DNA of 64,000 nt, from IMG/VR virus record IMGVR_UViG_3300044620_001883, positions 96,001 through 160,000 of that record; one strand, written 5' to 3'. Shown here one piece after another: positions 18,042-28,006 of this stretch (position 1 is the first letter of the stretch; each line of letters starts with the position of its first letter). The notes below the pieces were generated by a model. The model saw nothing but the letters and a program-made list of their open reading frames with translations, did not search any database and was not told where the DNA came from. Source of the DNA: a virus. Lineage: Duplodnaviria > Caudoviricetes. The position numbers and the translations under genes are program-made.

Positions 18042-18337
18042 GACAGCTAAAAGAAACGGAGTTCCTGGATCTGTTCGACCCGGGGATCCACAACGCCATT
18101 CTGGCTTCCGCCTCCAGGTACCCTGATTGTGAGGCGGTTGTCTGCTTTGAGAATCAACAGATGGATTCCAGTCAGTTCGGCAAACGCGCAGCCTTGGTGG
18201 TAGGTCCCAGCAACTCCTACACGCTCGCGGATTGCCTGAAGGAGGGTGCACGGCTTGGGGATGTTCCGAGCCGGTTCCAGTATCCGGTCGCGTACGTGGA
18301 CTACCGCAAACCTTCACATGAAGCTACAGCATCTTAA
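18038..18337 (+). CDS. hypothetical protein
   Basis: Start moved to ATG 18038 (ATGA). Confidence 0.6.
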   Translation: MRQLKETEFLDLFDPGIHNAILASASRYPDCEAVVCFENQQMDSSQFGKRAALVVGPSNSYTLADCLKEGARLGDVPSRFQYPVAYVDYRKPSHEATAS

Positions 18338-18677
18338 AGATACAGCGTGTCCCTCTTGTGGGGCGCGGGTGACTGGCGAGACTCAGGAGAACCAGCATTG
18401 TAATGGTCAGTGGTTTGAAGCGCAGATATTCAAGTGTGGTTACGTACAAGAATGGGTACCGAACTTTAGCGCAATGCGGGTCACACGCGCGTGCCCGAAA
18501 AGCGCAGAAGAAGTAGAGGACCAGCTGCAACGGGACGCTCTCGACCAGGAACTCTTGGAGGTGTTGCGGGCCAGCAAGGCACCGCCGAAATGGGTAGTGG
18601 GACGCATGAAGGCACTGGGGTTCTACGACCAAGCCGCCGCATGGTATGAAAAGAACCACAATGGGCAGTATCAGTAA
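18318..18677 (+). CDS. zinc-ribbon hypothetical protein
   Basis: CPSCG...HCNGQW.E...FKCG. Confidence 0.6.
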   Translation: MKLQHLKDTACPSCGARVTGETQENQHCNGQWFEAQIFKCGYVQEWVPNFSAMRVTRACPKSAEEVEDQLQRDALDQELLEVLRASKAPPKWVVGRMKALGFYDQAAAWYEKNHNGQYQ

Positions 18678-18925
18678 TGCACCAACCCATCAAAATCCTC
18701 TCCATCTGCGGCAAGACCTCAGACATGTGTAGCATCCAGGCGAAGACACAGGACGGGAAGGTAATCACGGAATACAGTGGTTACGTGCCAGACTTCTTCC
18801 CGGGGGAACACTACGGGGATTACTTGATGTTCGACATTGATGTCAAGACAGGCCAAATCCTGAACTGGCCTAAGGGGCTGACACAGGCTGTGCTCAAGCG
18901 CCAGTTGGTTGATCTTGAAGATTAG
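18677..18925 (+). CDS. conserved phage hypothetical protein
   Basis: GYVPDFFPGEHYGDYL.FDID..TGQILNW motif. Confidence 0.75.
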   Translation: MHQPIKILSICGKTSDMCSIQAKTQDGKVITEYSGYVPDFFPGEHYGDYLMFDIDVKTGQILNWPKGLTQAVLKRQLVDLED

Positions 18926-18929
18926 AACC

Positions 18930-19226
18930 ATGACAAGCATTGAGGAAAAAATTGCAAACAAGTTACTACGCCGTGGTAACTGGCACGGGCTGCTCGAACT
19001 GCAGGTTGTACAGGTTGTCTACAAGGGCTGGTGGTGGAACCGCCGGCAGGTTGGGTACCAGGCAGTGGTGACCAACTGGGAACTGATGTATGAACGCTCC
19101 GGTGTACATGCAACTCCGCTGGAGGCCGTTACGGCGGTTGTGGGGCAGATCATCAGTGAAGACGACATGGACATCTGCCTGGAATTTGAGCAGGAAATTG
19201 ACCAGGAGGATACTGCCAGATCATGA
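18930..19226 (+). CDS. hypothetical protein
   Basis: Start moved to ATG 18930. Confidence 0.55.
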   Translation: MTSIEEKIANKLLRRGNWHGLLELQVVQVVYKGWWWNRRQVGYQAVVTNWELMYERSGVHATPLEAVTAVVGQIISEDDMDICLEFEQEIDQEDTARS

Positions 19227-19720
19227 CGCTCGAGACCACGACACTCTACACATTACGGTTACATCTGCGGCCGTTCTACGCCGCAGGGCTGACGTTTGAG
19301 CAGGTCGCCAGCCTGATCACCAATATCGAGATCGAAGGCAAGAGACTGACTTGCACGCGTGTGGCACATGGCCCTTTCGTGGATGTCCCATTTTCTCCGC
19401 ACAGTCTTGAGCGGGCAATAACGTGGCGAATCGGTGACGCTCTGAATGGTGCCCTTGCTGATCGCATGGCGTCCGCGCGGATACCGAACCTGCGGGAAAG
19501 AGTCTACGCGATCATTGCAGAGCAGCTGGCACTCGACGTTGTACTGGGGGACACACCAGTCAAGGATCTGGGGGCTGACTCGCTGGACGTCGTTGAACTG
19601 GAGATGGCCTTCGAGGAAGAATTCGGTGTCGAGATCCCCACCTACCAGTTCAGTATTACAAGCACCCCACAGGACTTCGCAAGGTGGTTACGGGTGAACG
19701 CGCCGGAGGACTACGCATGA
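19223..19720 (+). CDS. acpP: acyl carrier protein domain fused to an unknown ~90-aa N-terminal domain
   Basis: [10 protein letters not shown]...[25 protein letters not shown]; phosphopantetheine Ser codon at 19580-19582 (Ser120). Confidence 0.88.
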   Translation: MTLETTTLYTLRLHLRPFYAAGLTFEQVASLITNIEIEGKRLTCTRVAHGPFVDVPFSPHSLERAITWRIGDALNGALADRMASARIPNLRERVYAIIAEQLALDVVLGDTPVKDLGADSLDVVELEMAFEEEFGVEIPTYQFSITSTPQDFARWLRVNAPEDYA

Positions 19721-20391
19721 TACACTACCGGTACCGAATTGAAGTCGATGGAGACGCCGAGAGTCCTCGCAAGGCTTTCGACAATGTGGGGACCATGGTC
19801 TGCTGGCACCACCGCTACCAGCTGGGGGACGAGCAGCCCTCCTGCACTCCAGAGGAATACGTGGAGGGGTTGTTTGACAAATGTGTGGACCCGAAGTTCC
19901 CAGCAAATCTGCGCAGGCTTCGCAGCCCTGGGATCCTCAGCAGCCACTACGCCCGGTTGCCCCTTTATCTCTATGACCACTCGGGCATTACCATGAACAC
20001 CACAGGCTTCTCGTGTCCTTGGGATTCAGGCCAGGTGGGGTTCATCTACTGCTCCTTGGAGACGGCCCAGAAGGAGTTCGGGACAGTCGGGGACAAGCGA
20101 GGTTTCAAGGCCATGGTCGAATACGATGGCAAGACCATGACACTCGAGGAGCGTGCTGAGCTGTGTCTCAAACAGGAGGTCGAGACCTACGACCAGTTCA
20201 TCTCCGGGGAGGTGTACTGGTGGTGCGTGGAATCCTGCGAGACCGAGGACGGGCAACCACCAAGCGACATCGACGATGCTGACTGGGAAACCGTGGAGTC
20301 CTGCGGGGGCTGCTACGGTCGAGACTACGCGGAACAGGAGGCCAAGGAGACCTTGGAAGCATGCAAGAAACGCGGACCTGTACTGACATGA
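19717..20391 (+). CDS. conserved MGE hypothetical protein
   Basis: [13 protein letters not shown]...[10 protein letters not shown]...[14 protein letters not shown]...ESCGGCYG. Confidence 0.75.
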   Translation: MIHYRYRIEVDGDAESPRKAFDNVGTMVCWHHRYQLGDEQPSCTPEEYVEGLFDKCVDPKFPANLRRLRSPGILSSHYARLPLYLYDHSGITMNTTGFSCPWDSGQVGFIYCSLETAQKEFGTVGDKRGFKAMVEYDGKTMTLEERAELCLKQEVETYDQFISGEVYWWCVESCETEDGQPPSDIDDADWETVESCGGCYGRDYAEQEAKETLEACKKRGPVLT

Positions 20392-20564
20392 CGGCCGTAC
20401 TGCGCACCTATCAGGGTGAAGACAAGATCGCGGACAAGCTGGTTGAGATCTCGGATGACCACAACTTTGCCGATGGGCCCTACGGGGATACCGTCCCGTT
20501 TGCGGTTGGGAGCAATCAGGCAATCCTGCCTGAGGATGAAGGTTTTTATTTCTTTGAAACATGA
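20388..20564 (+). CDS. small hypothetical protein
   Basis: ATGA-coupled at both ends. Confidence 0.5.
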   Translation: MTAVLRTYQGEDKIADKLVEISDDHNFADGPYGDTVPFAVGSNQAILPEDEGFYFFET

Positions 20565-20818
20565 GTGCCCTCTATACCTGCAAGTCCTGCCTGAACCCGC
20601 AGGAACTCGTGCCGCCACTCAGCCGGCGCACTGGACCCGATGGTCAACCGATGACCAAAGCCCATGCTCTGTTTCTCTTCTGTCATGATGGGGAATGCGT
20701 GGACTGCTACCTGCAGCGCCGGGACCATGGACCGCCGCCGGTCAGAAGAACGTGGCCGTCACTGTGCTTCCCTGACCTGCCTAACCCACGGAACTGGGTC
20801 ACCCTCAGGACTGCATGA
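20561..20818 (+). CDS. small Cys-rich hypothetical protein
   Basis: CKSC...CHDGECVDC. Confidence 0.5.
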   Translation: MSALYTCKSCLNPQELVPPLSRRTGPDGQPMTKAHALFLFCHDGECVDCYLQRRDHGPPPVRRTWPSLCFPDLPNPRNWVTLRTA

Positions 20819-21273
20819 GCATCCTCCACTCACTGTTTCCCGGTGGTGCTCCTGAGTTCATGCGTAAGCACAAGACATTCGTCAAAGAGCTGAAGGACAC
20901 CCAGGCTGAGCGGATCTGCAAAGGAACCGTAGAGGGTTGCGAGGTTGTGACTGAACCGTACTACACGGACCGTCGCCACGACCGAGCACACCTGAAGATT
21001 GACGGGGAATCAGCAGGTATTGAGTGGACCAGTATTCCGTGGAGTTGCTTCAAGCCAATCACGGTCTCGTACTGGATGTACATTGACTACTTGGCACGTG
21101 ACCACGCCCTGGCTCTGCTGAAACGTGCCGGTGTTGAGGATGGGTGGGTCCAGGAGGACCCGTATGCAGATCCGGTGCGCTGGGGTGTCCACACGGAATC
21201 AATCGAGAGTGCCGTCAAAGTCTGGAAAGAGTACAAAACATGTTCCAAGAAGGACTCTCAAGCGCAGGAATGA
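20815..21273 (+). CDS. hypothetical protein
   Basis: ATGA-coupled; 3' end overlaps the antisense HNH stop. Confidence 0.6.
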   Translation: MSILHSLFPGGAPEFMRKHKTFVKELKDTQAERICKGTVEGCEVVTEPYYTDRRHDRAHLKIDGESAGIEWTSIPWSCFKPITVSYWMYIDYLARDHALALLKRAGVEDGWVQEDPYADPVRWGVHTESIESAVKVWKEYKTCSKKDSQAQE

Positions 21274-22112
21274 GCATAGGCTCGGCGTAACCAATCCAGG
21301 AAGTCTGCTACAGACAGGCTGGCTTTAGCCACGTTGCACGTGCGACAGCAGGTCACCGCATTTTCTACGTTGTAGCCATTCGCATTGTCGCGTCGGTCTA
21401 CGCCATTATAGTAACCATGGGCTAGTGAGGGGTCATCTATGATTTTGCCGGAGGCACAACCAGGCAACCAGCCGCAGTACGCGCATGGTGCTTGTACTAG
21501 TTTCATGAATGTCGTCTTGTCTAAATCGAATGGTAATCCCCGACGTACAGCGTTGCCTTTATAGCGATGCAACAGGATGTTACCGGCCAATACCGGTACG
21601 TCTCGATTTTTGCGTCTTCGCTTTGCTGTTTTTTCTTGCGTTCGTTTCGTACTCTCAATCATTAGACAACCGCAGCTGCGTACAGGCTGAAGTGTCGAAC
21701 GTAGCTTGGTTCCGAATTTCGTAACGGTCTTTCCGCAACTGCAGGAGCAAACCCAACGACGCGCTTTGGGTTTGTTCTTTCCTTCCGGTTGGCTATCAGC
21801 TGCTGCGATAACGGTCAGTCGTCCGAATACTTTGCCGAGCATATCCGCACCTGTGGACCTTTTTCTACAGCCACAACTGCCATGCAGGCCTAGCTGCCTA
21901 GTCTGAATTAGCTGCACGTTTGTACGTGTGAATGTTTTACCGCAGACACATCGGCAATTCCATACGTGATTGCCGATGTGTTTCAGTACAGTGGAATGCC
22001 CAATCTCTATGTTTGTGAAATCTATAAGCTTGCTCATATGGCGTAAACTTACGCTGCGGTTGTTGACTTTCAATAGTGGGTATTTGATTTGTGGTCTATA
22101 CAGCTTTAGCAT
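21258..22112 (-). CDS. HNH-type homing endonuclease
   Basis: GKVFGRLTV...WVCSCSCG...SCGC repeats; C-terminal CAYCG...GVDRRDNANGY...NAVTCCRTCNVAK; visibly more AT-rich; only convincing antisense gene. Confidence 0.85.
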   Translation of the reverse strand: MLKLYRPQIKYPLLKVNNRSVSLRHMSKLIDFTNIEIGHSTVLKHIGNHVWNCRCVCGKTFTRTNVQLIQTRQLGLHGSCGCRKRSTGADMLGKVFGRLTVIAAADSQPEGKNKPKARRWVCSCSCGKTVTKFGTKLRSTLQPVRSCGCLMIESTKRTQEKTAKRRRKNRDVPVLAGNILLHRYKGNAVRRGLPFDLDKTTFMKLVQAPCAYCGWLPGCASGKIIDDPSLAHGYYNGVDRRDNANGYNVENAVTCCRTCNVAKASLSVADFLDWLRRAYAHSCA

Positions 22113-22115
22113 CCC

Positions 22116-22472
22116 ATGTTCTCTGTAGGTCAGAAGGTTGTATGTATTTCGGATCAGTTCGCGGCGTGGGTATTTGATCTGTACAAAGCACTCCCCAAGA
22201 AGGACAGCGTGTACACGATCAGGGCAGTAAGATCTGGACGCTCCAATCCCAACTTCGTCGTCAATGACGATGCGGAGATCAAGATGGCAGGAGCCGAGTT
22301 CGACATCCTGGTCCTCCTCCAGGAACTACGCAACCCGGACGATCCGCACTCCTCTGTGAAGCAGGAGCTGGGCTTCCGGGCTGAGCGCTTTGCCGAAATG
22401 CTGGAAGAGTCCGAGGAATGGAAGGATTCCGTTGAAGTGGGGAATGGTGAACTGGTGCCCCTGAACCGATGA
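22116..22472 (+). CDS. hypothetical protein
   Basis: GQKVVC..D.F...P.K..VYTIR...NP...GF..ERF pattern. Confidence 0.65.
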   Translation: MFSVGQKVVCISDQFAAWVFDLYKALPKKDSVYTIRAVRSGRSNPNFVVNDDAEIKMAGAEFDILVLLQELRNPDDPHSSVKQELGFRAERFAEMLEESEEWKDSVEVGNGELVPLNR

Positions 22473-22828
22473 AATTCCAGGACCTGTGCCAAGCTGGACA
22501 GCGCAAGATCCAGTACGCAATTGGACTCGCGGACGAATCCTGGGAGAACTGCGCAGGCTGGTGGAAGCCTGAAGGCAAAACCGGCAGCGCTGTGGAGGAT
22601 ATGCGCCGTTGGTTCGCAGCCTGGGAAAAGTTCAAGGAATCGATCCAGACACAGGACTTTGAAGACGCGTTCATGCAGTGGTTGGCTGACGCCTTTCCTG
22701 GCAAGGAACTGTTGTCCCCCTTATTCAGTGAAGCAAAGTTTCATGGAGGTCCGAGTCATCTTCGCCTACATGATGCCTATGAGATTGCGAAGCGCCTGAC
22801 ATCAACCCAGGAAGAAGATGACGCCTAG
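22469..22828 (+). CDS. hypothetical protein
   Basis: ATGA-coupled ORF. Confidence 0.55.
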   Translation: MKFQDLCQAGQRKIQYAIGLADESWENCAGWWKPEGKTGSAVEDMRRWFAAWEKFKESIQTQDFEDAFMQWLADAFPGKELLSPLFSEAKFHGGPSHLRLHDAYEIAKRLTSTQEEDDA

Positions 22829-23117
22829 ACCCGCCCCACCTCCTCCAGTTCCAGACCCAGCCGCGGAAGCACGCCGCGACGGTGCGACACACATCAATGG
22901 TCACAAGATTCTGGGCCGGCAGCCACCCTGCCGCCGTGACACCCACGAGTGGTCCCAGCTGACCAAGGCCGCGCTAGAATGGCGGGAAGCCGGCAAGACC
23001 GAGCGATTCGGCCCGGGACACCAACGCATTTGCCGCCACGCCGCCGAAGAAATTGAGATCCTCCGGGACTACGGGTTTGAGATCCAGATCGAACCACGTT
23101 GTGTAAAGAAAGCATGA
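22818..23117 (+). CDS. hypothetical protein
   Basis: Overlap-coupled ORF. Confidence 0.55.
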   Translation: MTPRPAPPPPVPDPAAEARRDGATHINGHKILGRQPPCRRDTHEWSQLTKAALEWREAGKTERFGPGHQRICRHAAEEIEILRDYGFEIQIEPRCVKKA

Positions 23118-23296
23118 TCGAGGCAACAACAACGACCAAGACGACCGTACATCTGACGATGGACGAGGACACAGCAGACTGGCTCCTCAGATACCTGCAG
23201 AATAACGTGCCCGACGAGTCACCCAGCGACGCTGAGATGCGCAGGCTTACCTGGTCTGCTTTGAATACGGCACTCGGCGGTTCGGACCTGGAGTGA
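23114..23296 (+). CDS. small hypothetical protein
   Basis: ATGA-coupled ORF. Confidence 0.5.
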   Translation: MIEATTTTKTTVHLTMDEDTADWLLRYLQNNVPDESPSDAEMRRLTWSALNTALGGSDLE

Positions 23297-23823
23297 GTAT
23301 GCACATATCAGCTACCCCCAAGTGGTTTTGGATGATGGAGGCTTGGCGCCGGCCCAGCAAACCAGTTGGGAGTGCGCCAACGCAGTATGGGGAAACGCAG
23401 CTCAATCCAGTCGTGGCAGAACCAACACTATCCAGCACCAAGGCCCTTGAGATCATCAAGGATCGGGCAGAAGCGCGAAAGCAAAAGGAAGAACAGGAAC
23501 GCGTGACCAAGCAGGCTCAGGACGAGGCCGCATTGGCAACACGGCTGAAGCTCTGGGAACCCATCCTGGATATCCTGGCGGCCTTCAAGCAGGAGTACCC
23601 GTACAAGATCACCATTCATGGGGTTGATAAATTGCACATACCGATCAGCTTCGCACTTCACAGACCGCAGTACGTCAATAGCTACGCGTGTCATGTATTC
23701 CCTGCGGGTGGATTTATAATCCAATGTAATGACTTCAGACAGCCATTTGGTCCCGACGGCAGAGCCAACACGGTCGCCGAATTTATCCCACCTTTGATCG
23801 ACCTGTTGTCTGACCTCCTATGA
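23293..23823 (+). CDS. hypothetical protein
   Basis: Overlap-coupled; coiled-coil middle. Confidence 0.6.
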   Translation: MSMHISATPKWFWMMEAWRRPSKPVGSAPTQYGETQLNPVVAEPTLSSTKALEIIKDRAEARKQKEEQERVTKQAQDEAALATRLKLWEPILDILAAFKQEYPYKITIHGVDKLHIPISFALHRPQYVNSYACHVFPAGGFIIQCNDFRQPFGPDGRANTVAEFIPPLIDLLSDLL

Positions 23824-24299
23824 ACGACGCGCACGAAAAAATGCCTTTGAACAAGCGTAGCCACGCAGAGTTGAGCCGTTACAAGCAGCAGTTGGAGACA
23901 CAGGTGTCGGCTATCAACCGCGCGCTGCGGGTGAGGCTTCCGAACCATGAGGCGCGCAGGCTCAAGGGAGACAAGCAGCGGCTGCTGCTTGATATCGCTG
24001 CCGTTGAGTCAGCCATCTTGGATCTTCGGGTCATCAACGGCGGGCAGGACACCGCACCTGCCTGGTTGCTGCTGATGCAGTGGGATGAGCGTTGGTTCTA
24101 TTTTGCGACCCGCGAAAACCTGACAGAGATGACGATCGACATGCTGGTGGAAATTGGGCCCGATGCTCCCTGTGTCATGGCGCAGACGCGCCTGACGGAG
24201 GCGCAAGCGGAGCGACTGCCAGCCTGGGTGTGGTTGTTACCCACGGAGCGTGAAGACCTGGACTTCGATGACGCGGATCCCGAAGGCGATGATGAGTGA
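23820..24299 (+). CDS. hypothetical protein
   Basis: ATGA-coupled ORF. Confidence 0.6.
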   Translation: MNDAHEKMPLNKRSHAELSRYKQQLETQVSAINRALRVRLPNHEARRLKGDKQRLLLDIAAVESAILDLRVINGGQDTAPAWLLLMQWDERWFYFATRENLTEMTIDMLVEIGPDAPCVMAQTRLTEAQAERLPAWVWLLPTEREDLDFDDADPEGDDE

Positions 24300-24675
24300 G
24301 GTTGTTCCAGTTCTGCCGTTCAAGATTCTCAGCTCCGAGGTGGTTCCAGGTAAGAATAGCCATGTTACTTGTCTGCGTACGGTTCTACAGGACGCAGCGG
24401 ACAACCAGTGGGTCTTTGACCCGTCGGTGTTGAACATCGAGCTGAAACCATACGTGGAACCGCGTGGGCGTTACTGGCTATTGGACGCTGGTGACGAACA
24501 TCAGGGTCCTGTGTACAGGTCTGTCGAAGATGGGCAACGGCATCCAGGTTGCTACAACTGTGGACTACCCCTGCGTGAGCATCGCGAGAGCAGTACAGGT
24601 AAACGTCGTGGTTGTCCTCCTGACTATGAAGCCATCCTGAAAGAAATCTTGGTTGACCCGCCAGTGCATGAGTAA
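24289..24675 (+). CDS. hypothetical protein
   Basis: CYNCG...H...GC motif. Confidence 0.55.
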   Translation: MMSEVVPVLPFKILSSEVVPGKNSHVTCLRTVLQDAADNQWVFDPSVLNIELKPYVEPRGRYWLLDAGDEHQGPVYRSVEDGQRHPGCYNCGLPLREHRESSTGKRRGCPPDYEAILKEILVDPPVHE

Positions 24676-26434
24676 AACAAACACCACAGAACGGCGTAGC
24701 CTCAAGGCTCACGCGGATTTGATCCTGCAGGTAATCAAACGACAGGCTGGAACGTTGGCCAAGGCCGTCATGGAGGGTGTCATGAATGCCATCGATGCCG
24801 GTGCGACCACCATCCAGATTCAGCTCAAGCCAGACCGATTGATCATCACTGACAATGGCAAGGGCTTCGATTCGGCGGATCACATCAAGGATGTCTTTGA
24901 GGTGTTCGGCTCCCCACATGAGATGAACGAGGAAGGTATCTCGGTCGATGCCAAGTTCGGCACGTACCGGATCGGGCGTGGGCAGCTGTTTGCCTTTGGG
25001 GTGAACGAGTGGAAGTCCAACACGTTCAAAATGACGACGGACATCAATGGTCTGGGGTTGGCGTATGACCTGTCAGTCGGACAGTCCCCGCGGCTCGGGT
25101 GCGAGATCACGGTGCAGCTTTACGAAAAGCTGTCCATGCGGGACGTCCAGCAAACCACCGACGAGGTGACGAAGCTGTGTCGTTATGTCATCCCCACCCT
25201 GACCGTCAACGGTGTCAACATCGCCAGGGATCCGGCAGGCATGAAGTGGGACGTCGTCACCGACGACGCCTACATCAGCAAGAAGGTCAGCGAATCCCGC
25301 TGGCGTTACGGTTCCGGCCTGGATGTGTACCAGCAGGGGGTGTTTGTGGAGACCATCCCGGCATCCGAGTATGGCCTGGAGGGGACGATTGTGATCAAGC
25401 AGGCCGTGCAGGTGAACTTTGCCCGCAACCAGGTCATCCGCAGCTGCAAGCGCTGGAAGAAGATTGCCGCGTTGCTTCGTGACACAGGCACCAAGGATGC
25501 CGTCCAGAAGGTCAAGCTGGACGTGCATAAGGCCCGCAGCTTCATCCAGAACTTCGTCAGCAAGGATATCGATTACCAGACATTCAGGAATGTTCAGTGC
25601 CTGCCGGATGTACGGGGGCGCATGTGGTCGATGGATCAGCTGGACAAGTTGTCGCGTTCCAAGTCCTCTACGAGTCCCGTGTACGCGAATGCGCTGGGGC
25701 ATATCCCAGTGGGGTTCGGGCCCAGGAATTGTCGAGACGGGGACCGCGTCATCCAGAATGGTAAAGCGCTCGTGCTGGATGCGGTGTTGTTCCAGTACTT
25801 GGGGTTGTCCGACCAGCTTAGCGCGGCAGAATGCGGCGCGGCGGCTCTGGACATCATCCAGGGTGGCGGAACCAAGATCTTGACCTGGGTGGCTTATCAA
25901 ACCCTGGTAGAGGACAGCTCGGGTGACTATGAGCTGGTCCAGCAGAACAAGCTGACACCACAGGAGCAGGATATCATCAGTTCGTCGGCACACATTCTGG
26001 GTAACATGGCACGAACGCTCGGTGTCAGGAACCGCAAGCTCTGTCTGGGAAACAAGGCGAATGCTGAGGGTTGGACGGACGGCGCCACCTATGTGGCGAT
26101 ATCCAGGACCTGGCTGAAGGGTCTGCGCCTGGGCTACGAGCGGGATTGGCATGCGTTGACTCTGCTGCTCGCCCACGAGATGTGTCACGACGGTCAGGAC
26201 ACTGACACGCACAATCACACACCACAGTTCTATGAGGACTACCATGAGCTTACCCGGCGGGTACCTGTCTGGGCGCGCTGGGGGTACCAGCTGTATCGGA
26301 AGTACATGAACTCACGGCTTAGAAAACTGCCCAAGCAGATACAGGATCAGTTATTCATCGAGTCAGAAGCGGTCGTGTTGGCTGAGCTAGCGTACATCCA
26401 AGAACCAGTACCAGTGACAAAGAAAGCAGCATGA
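24668..26434 (+). CDS. GHKL (Hsp90/MutL-like) ATPase with C-terminal HExxH zincin-like motif
   Basis: EGVMNAIDA, ITDNGKGF, FGTYRIGRG; C-terminal LLAHEMCHD...HNHTPQFY. Confidence 0.82.
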   Translation: MSKTNTTERRSLKAHADLILQVIKRQAGTLAKAVMEGVMNAIDAGATTIQIQLKPDRLIITDNGKGFDSADHIKDVFEVFGSPHEMNEEGISVDAKFGTYRIGRGQLFAFGVNEWKSNTFKMTTDINGLGLAYDLSVGQSPRLGCEITVQLYEKLSMRDVQQTTDEVTKLCRYVIPTLTVNGVNIARDPAGMKWDVVTDDAYISKKVSESRWRYGSGLDVYQQGVFVETIPASEYGLEGTIVIKQAVQVNFARNQVIRSCKRWKKIAALLRDTGTKDAVQKVKLDVHKARSFIQNFVSKDIDYQTFRNVQCLPDVRGRMWSMDQLDKLSRSKSSTSPVYANALGHIPVGFGPRNCRDGDRVIQNGKALVLDAVLFQYLGLSDQLSAAECGAAALDIIQGGGTKILTWVAYQTLVEDSSGDYELVQQNKLTPQEQDIISSSAHILGNMARTLGVRNRKLCLGNKANAEGWTDGATYVAISRTWLKGLRLGYERDWHALTLLLAHEMCHDGQDTDTHNHTPQFYEDYHELTRRVPVWARWGYQLYRKYMNSRLRKLPKQIQDQLFIESEAVVLAELAYIQEPVPVTKKAA

Positions 26435-26832
26435 TCAACAGTACAAAGTACAAGATAGCAAAGACCATCCGGGAGTACCGGGTGAACTACAATGGGTGGG
26501 ATTTACTCATTCCGGTTGGTTCCACGGTCGCGAACAAGACAGCCGGCGGGAACAATGACGCGTACCGGTTCCTGCAGGGTACTAATGAGTTTGCAAAGCT
26601 GGTGACGGGATACCCAAACTCCATTCTGGCCCATGACCTGACCCACTGCGGGCTGAACATCCCGGCTGAGTACTGCGAACCCTGGCCTGAGGAAGTCATG
26701 CCTGTGACACCGGATGAAGATGCTACCCAGTCCCTGGTACGGGACTGGCAGTACGAGGTTGCCAATGGTGACACCGTGCTAGGACTGGTTGAGTGGCGTA
26801 AGCACAAACAAGAGAGTGAAGACCGTGAGTGA
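26431..26832 (+). CDS. hypothetical protein
   Basis: ATGA-coupled; HDLTHCG motif; C-terminal WQYEVANGDT.LG..EW. Confidence 0.65.
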   Translation: MINSTKYKIAKTIREYRVNYNGWDLLIPVGSTVANKTAGGNNDAYRFLQGTNEFAKLVTGYPNSILAHDLTHCGLNIPAEYCEPWPEEVMPVTPDEDATQSLVRDWQYEVANGDTVLGLVEWRKHKQESEDRE

Positions 26833-28006
26833 AACGATCATCATACCCGCGCCGGAAGCTCCGTCGCCTTTAATGCTCGCCTACGGGCTTGGCGTGGATT
26901 CGACGGCCGTCCTAGTCGGACTACAGCAACAGGGCATCCGCCCCGACGCGATCCTGTTTGCCGACACGAAATCGGAGAAGCGCGAAACTTACGCGTACCT
27001 GCCCGTCATCCAGGAGTGGTTGAAGAAGGTGGACTTCCCACCTGTGACGGTCGTGGAATACCGGGTCAAGAACTTCAAGCACTGGCCCCCGTATCGAGGG
27101 CTGGGCGAGAACTGCCTGACCAATGGGACACTGCCGAGCTTGGCCTTTGGGTTCAAGTCGTGCTCGCTCAAGTGGAAGGTGCAACCCCAGAATGCATGGA
27201 CGGACGAATGGCAGCCCGCCATCGACTGCTGGGCCGCCGGTGGTCGCGTCCGGAAGATGATCGGGTACGACAACGGCGCCAAGGACCGGAAGCGGTACAG
27301 CCACGCCGTGGGGGTTGAGGATCCCAAGTACGACTACTGGTATCCCCTGATCGACTGGGGTCTGGACCGCGAAGGCTGCAAGGAATTGATCCGGTCAGCG
27401 GGACTCCCGGTGCCACCCAAGAGTGCCTGCTACTTCTGTCCTGCGACTCAGCCGGCGGAATTGCACGAGCACCGCAAGGAATACCTGCGAAACATTGTCA
27501 TCATGGAGGCCAGGGCCAAGCCCCGCCTCGACGGGTGCAAGACCCAGGAGTTGCTCGACCAGGAATGGCGTGAGCGTGAAGACAAGTGGTTCGCGAAAGC
27601 GGAAGCGGATTACGCGCTGGCACGAGACATCCTGGACCTTGCTCGTACTTCGGTGTTTCTGCCGCCTGCGTTTGCGGACATGGACGCCTTTGAGGCGTTT
27701 CTGAAGACCAGACCCAAGCGGCGCCTGGCAGGTTCCGGGACGGCCGGGCTGTGGCGTAGTGCCACCAAGACTCGGCCGGCCATGATGACGGACTACATCC
27801 GCGATCACAACCTCCTGCCTGCAGATGAGATCAAGACGCTGCAGGGCCGCGCACCTCAGGAGATCGTGGACACCATCCAGGCCTTCGCGAACGGGGAGGA
27901 CATCCTGAACTGGCACGACTTCCTGGAACAGTTCTCACCCGAGGATGCTCTGGACGAACTGCCCGGTGGTTGTGCTGGGTGTGATGCTATTGACCGATCT
28001 GTATGA
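26825..28006 (+). CDS. second PP-loop / PAPS-reductase-like protein with Cys cluster
   Basis: GTG 26825; AYGLGVDSTA PP-loop variant, ILFADT..EK.ETY, CSLKWKVQP, IGYD, PLIDWG.DR..C, PPKSACYFCP. Confidence 0.78.
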   Translation: MSETIIIPAPEAPSPLMLAYGLGVDSTAVLVGLQQQGIRPDAILFADTKSEKRETYAYLPVIQEWLKKVDFPPVTVVEYRVKNFKHWPPYRGLGENCLTNGTLPSLAFGFKSCSLKWKVQPQNAWTDEWQPAIDCWAAGGRVRKMIGYDNGAKDRKRYSHAVGVEDPKYDYWYPLIDWGLDREGCKELIRSAGLPVPPKSACYFCPATQPAELHEHRKEYLRNIVIMEARAKPRLDGCKTQELLDQEWREREDKWFAKAEADYALARDILDLARTSVFLPPAFADMDAFEAFLKTRPKRRLAGSGTAGLWRSATKTRPAMMTDYIRDHNLLPADEIKTLQGRAPQEIVDTIQAFANGEDILNWHDFLEQFSPEDALDELPGGCAGCDAIDRSV

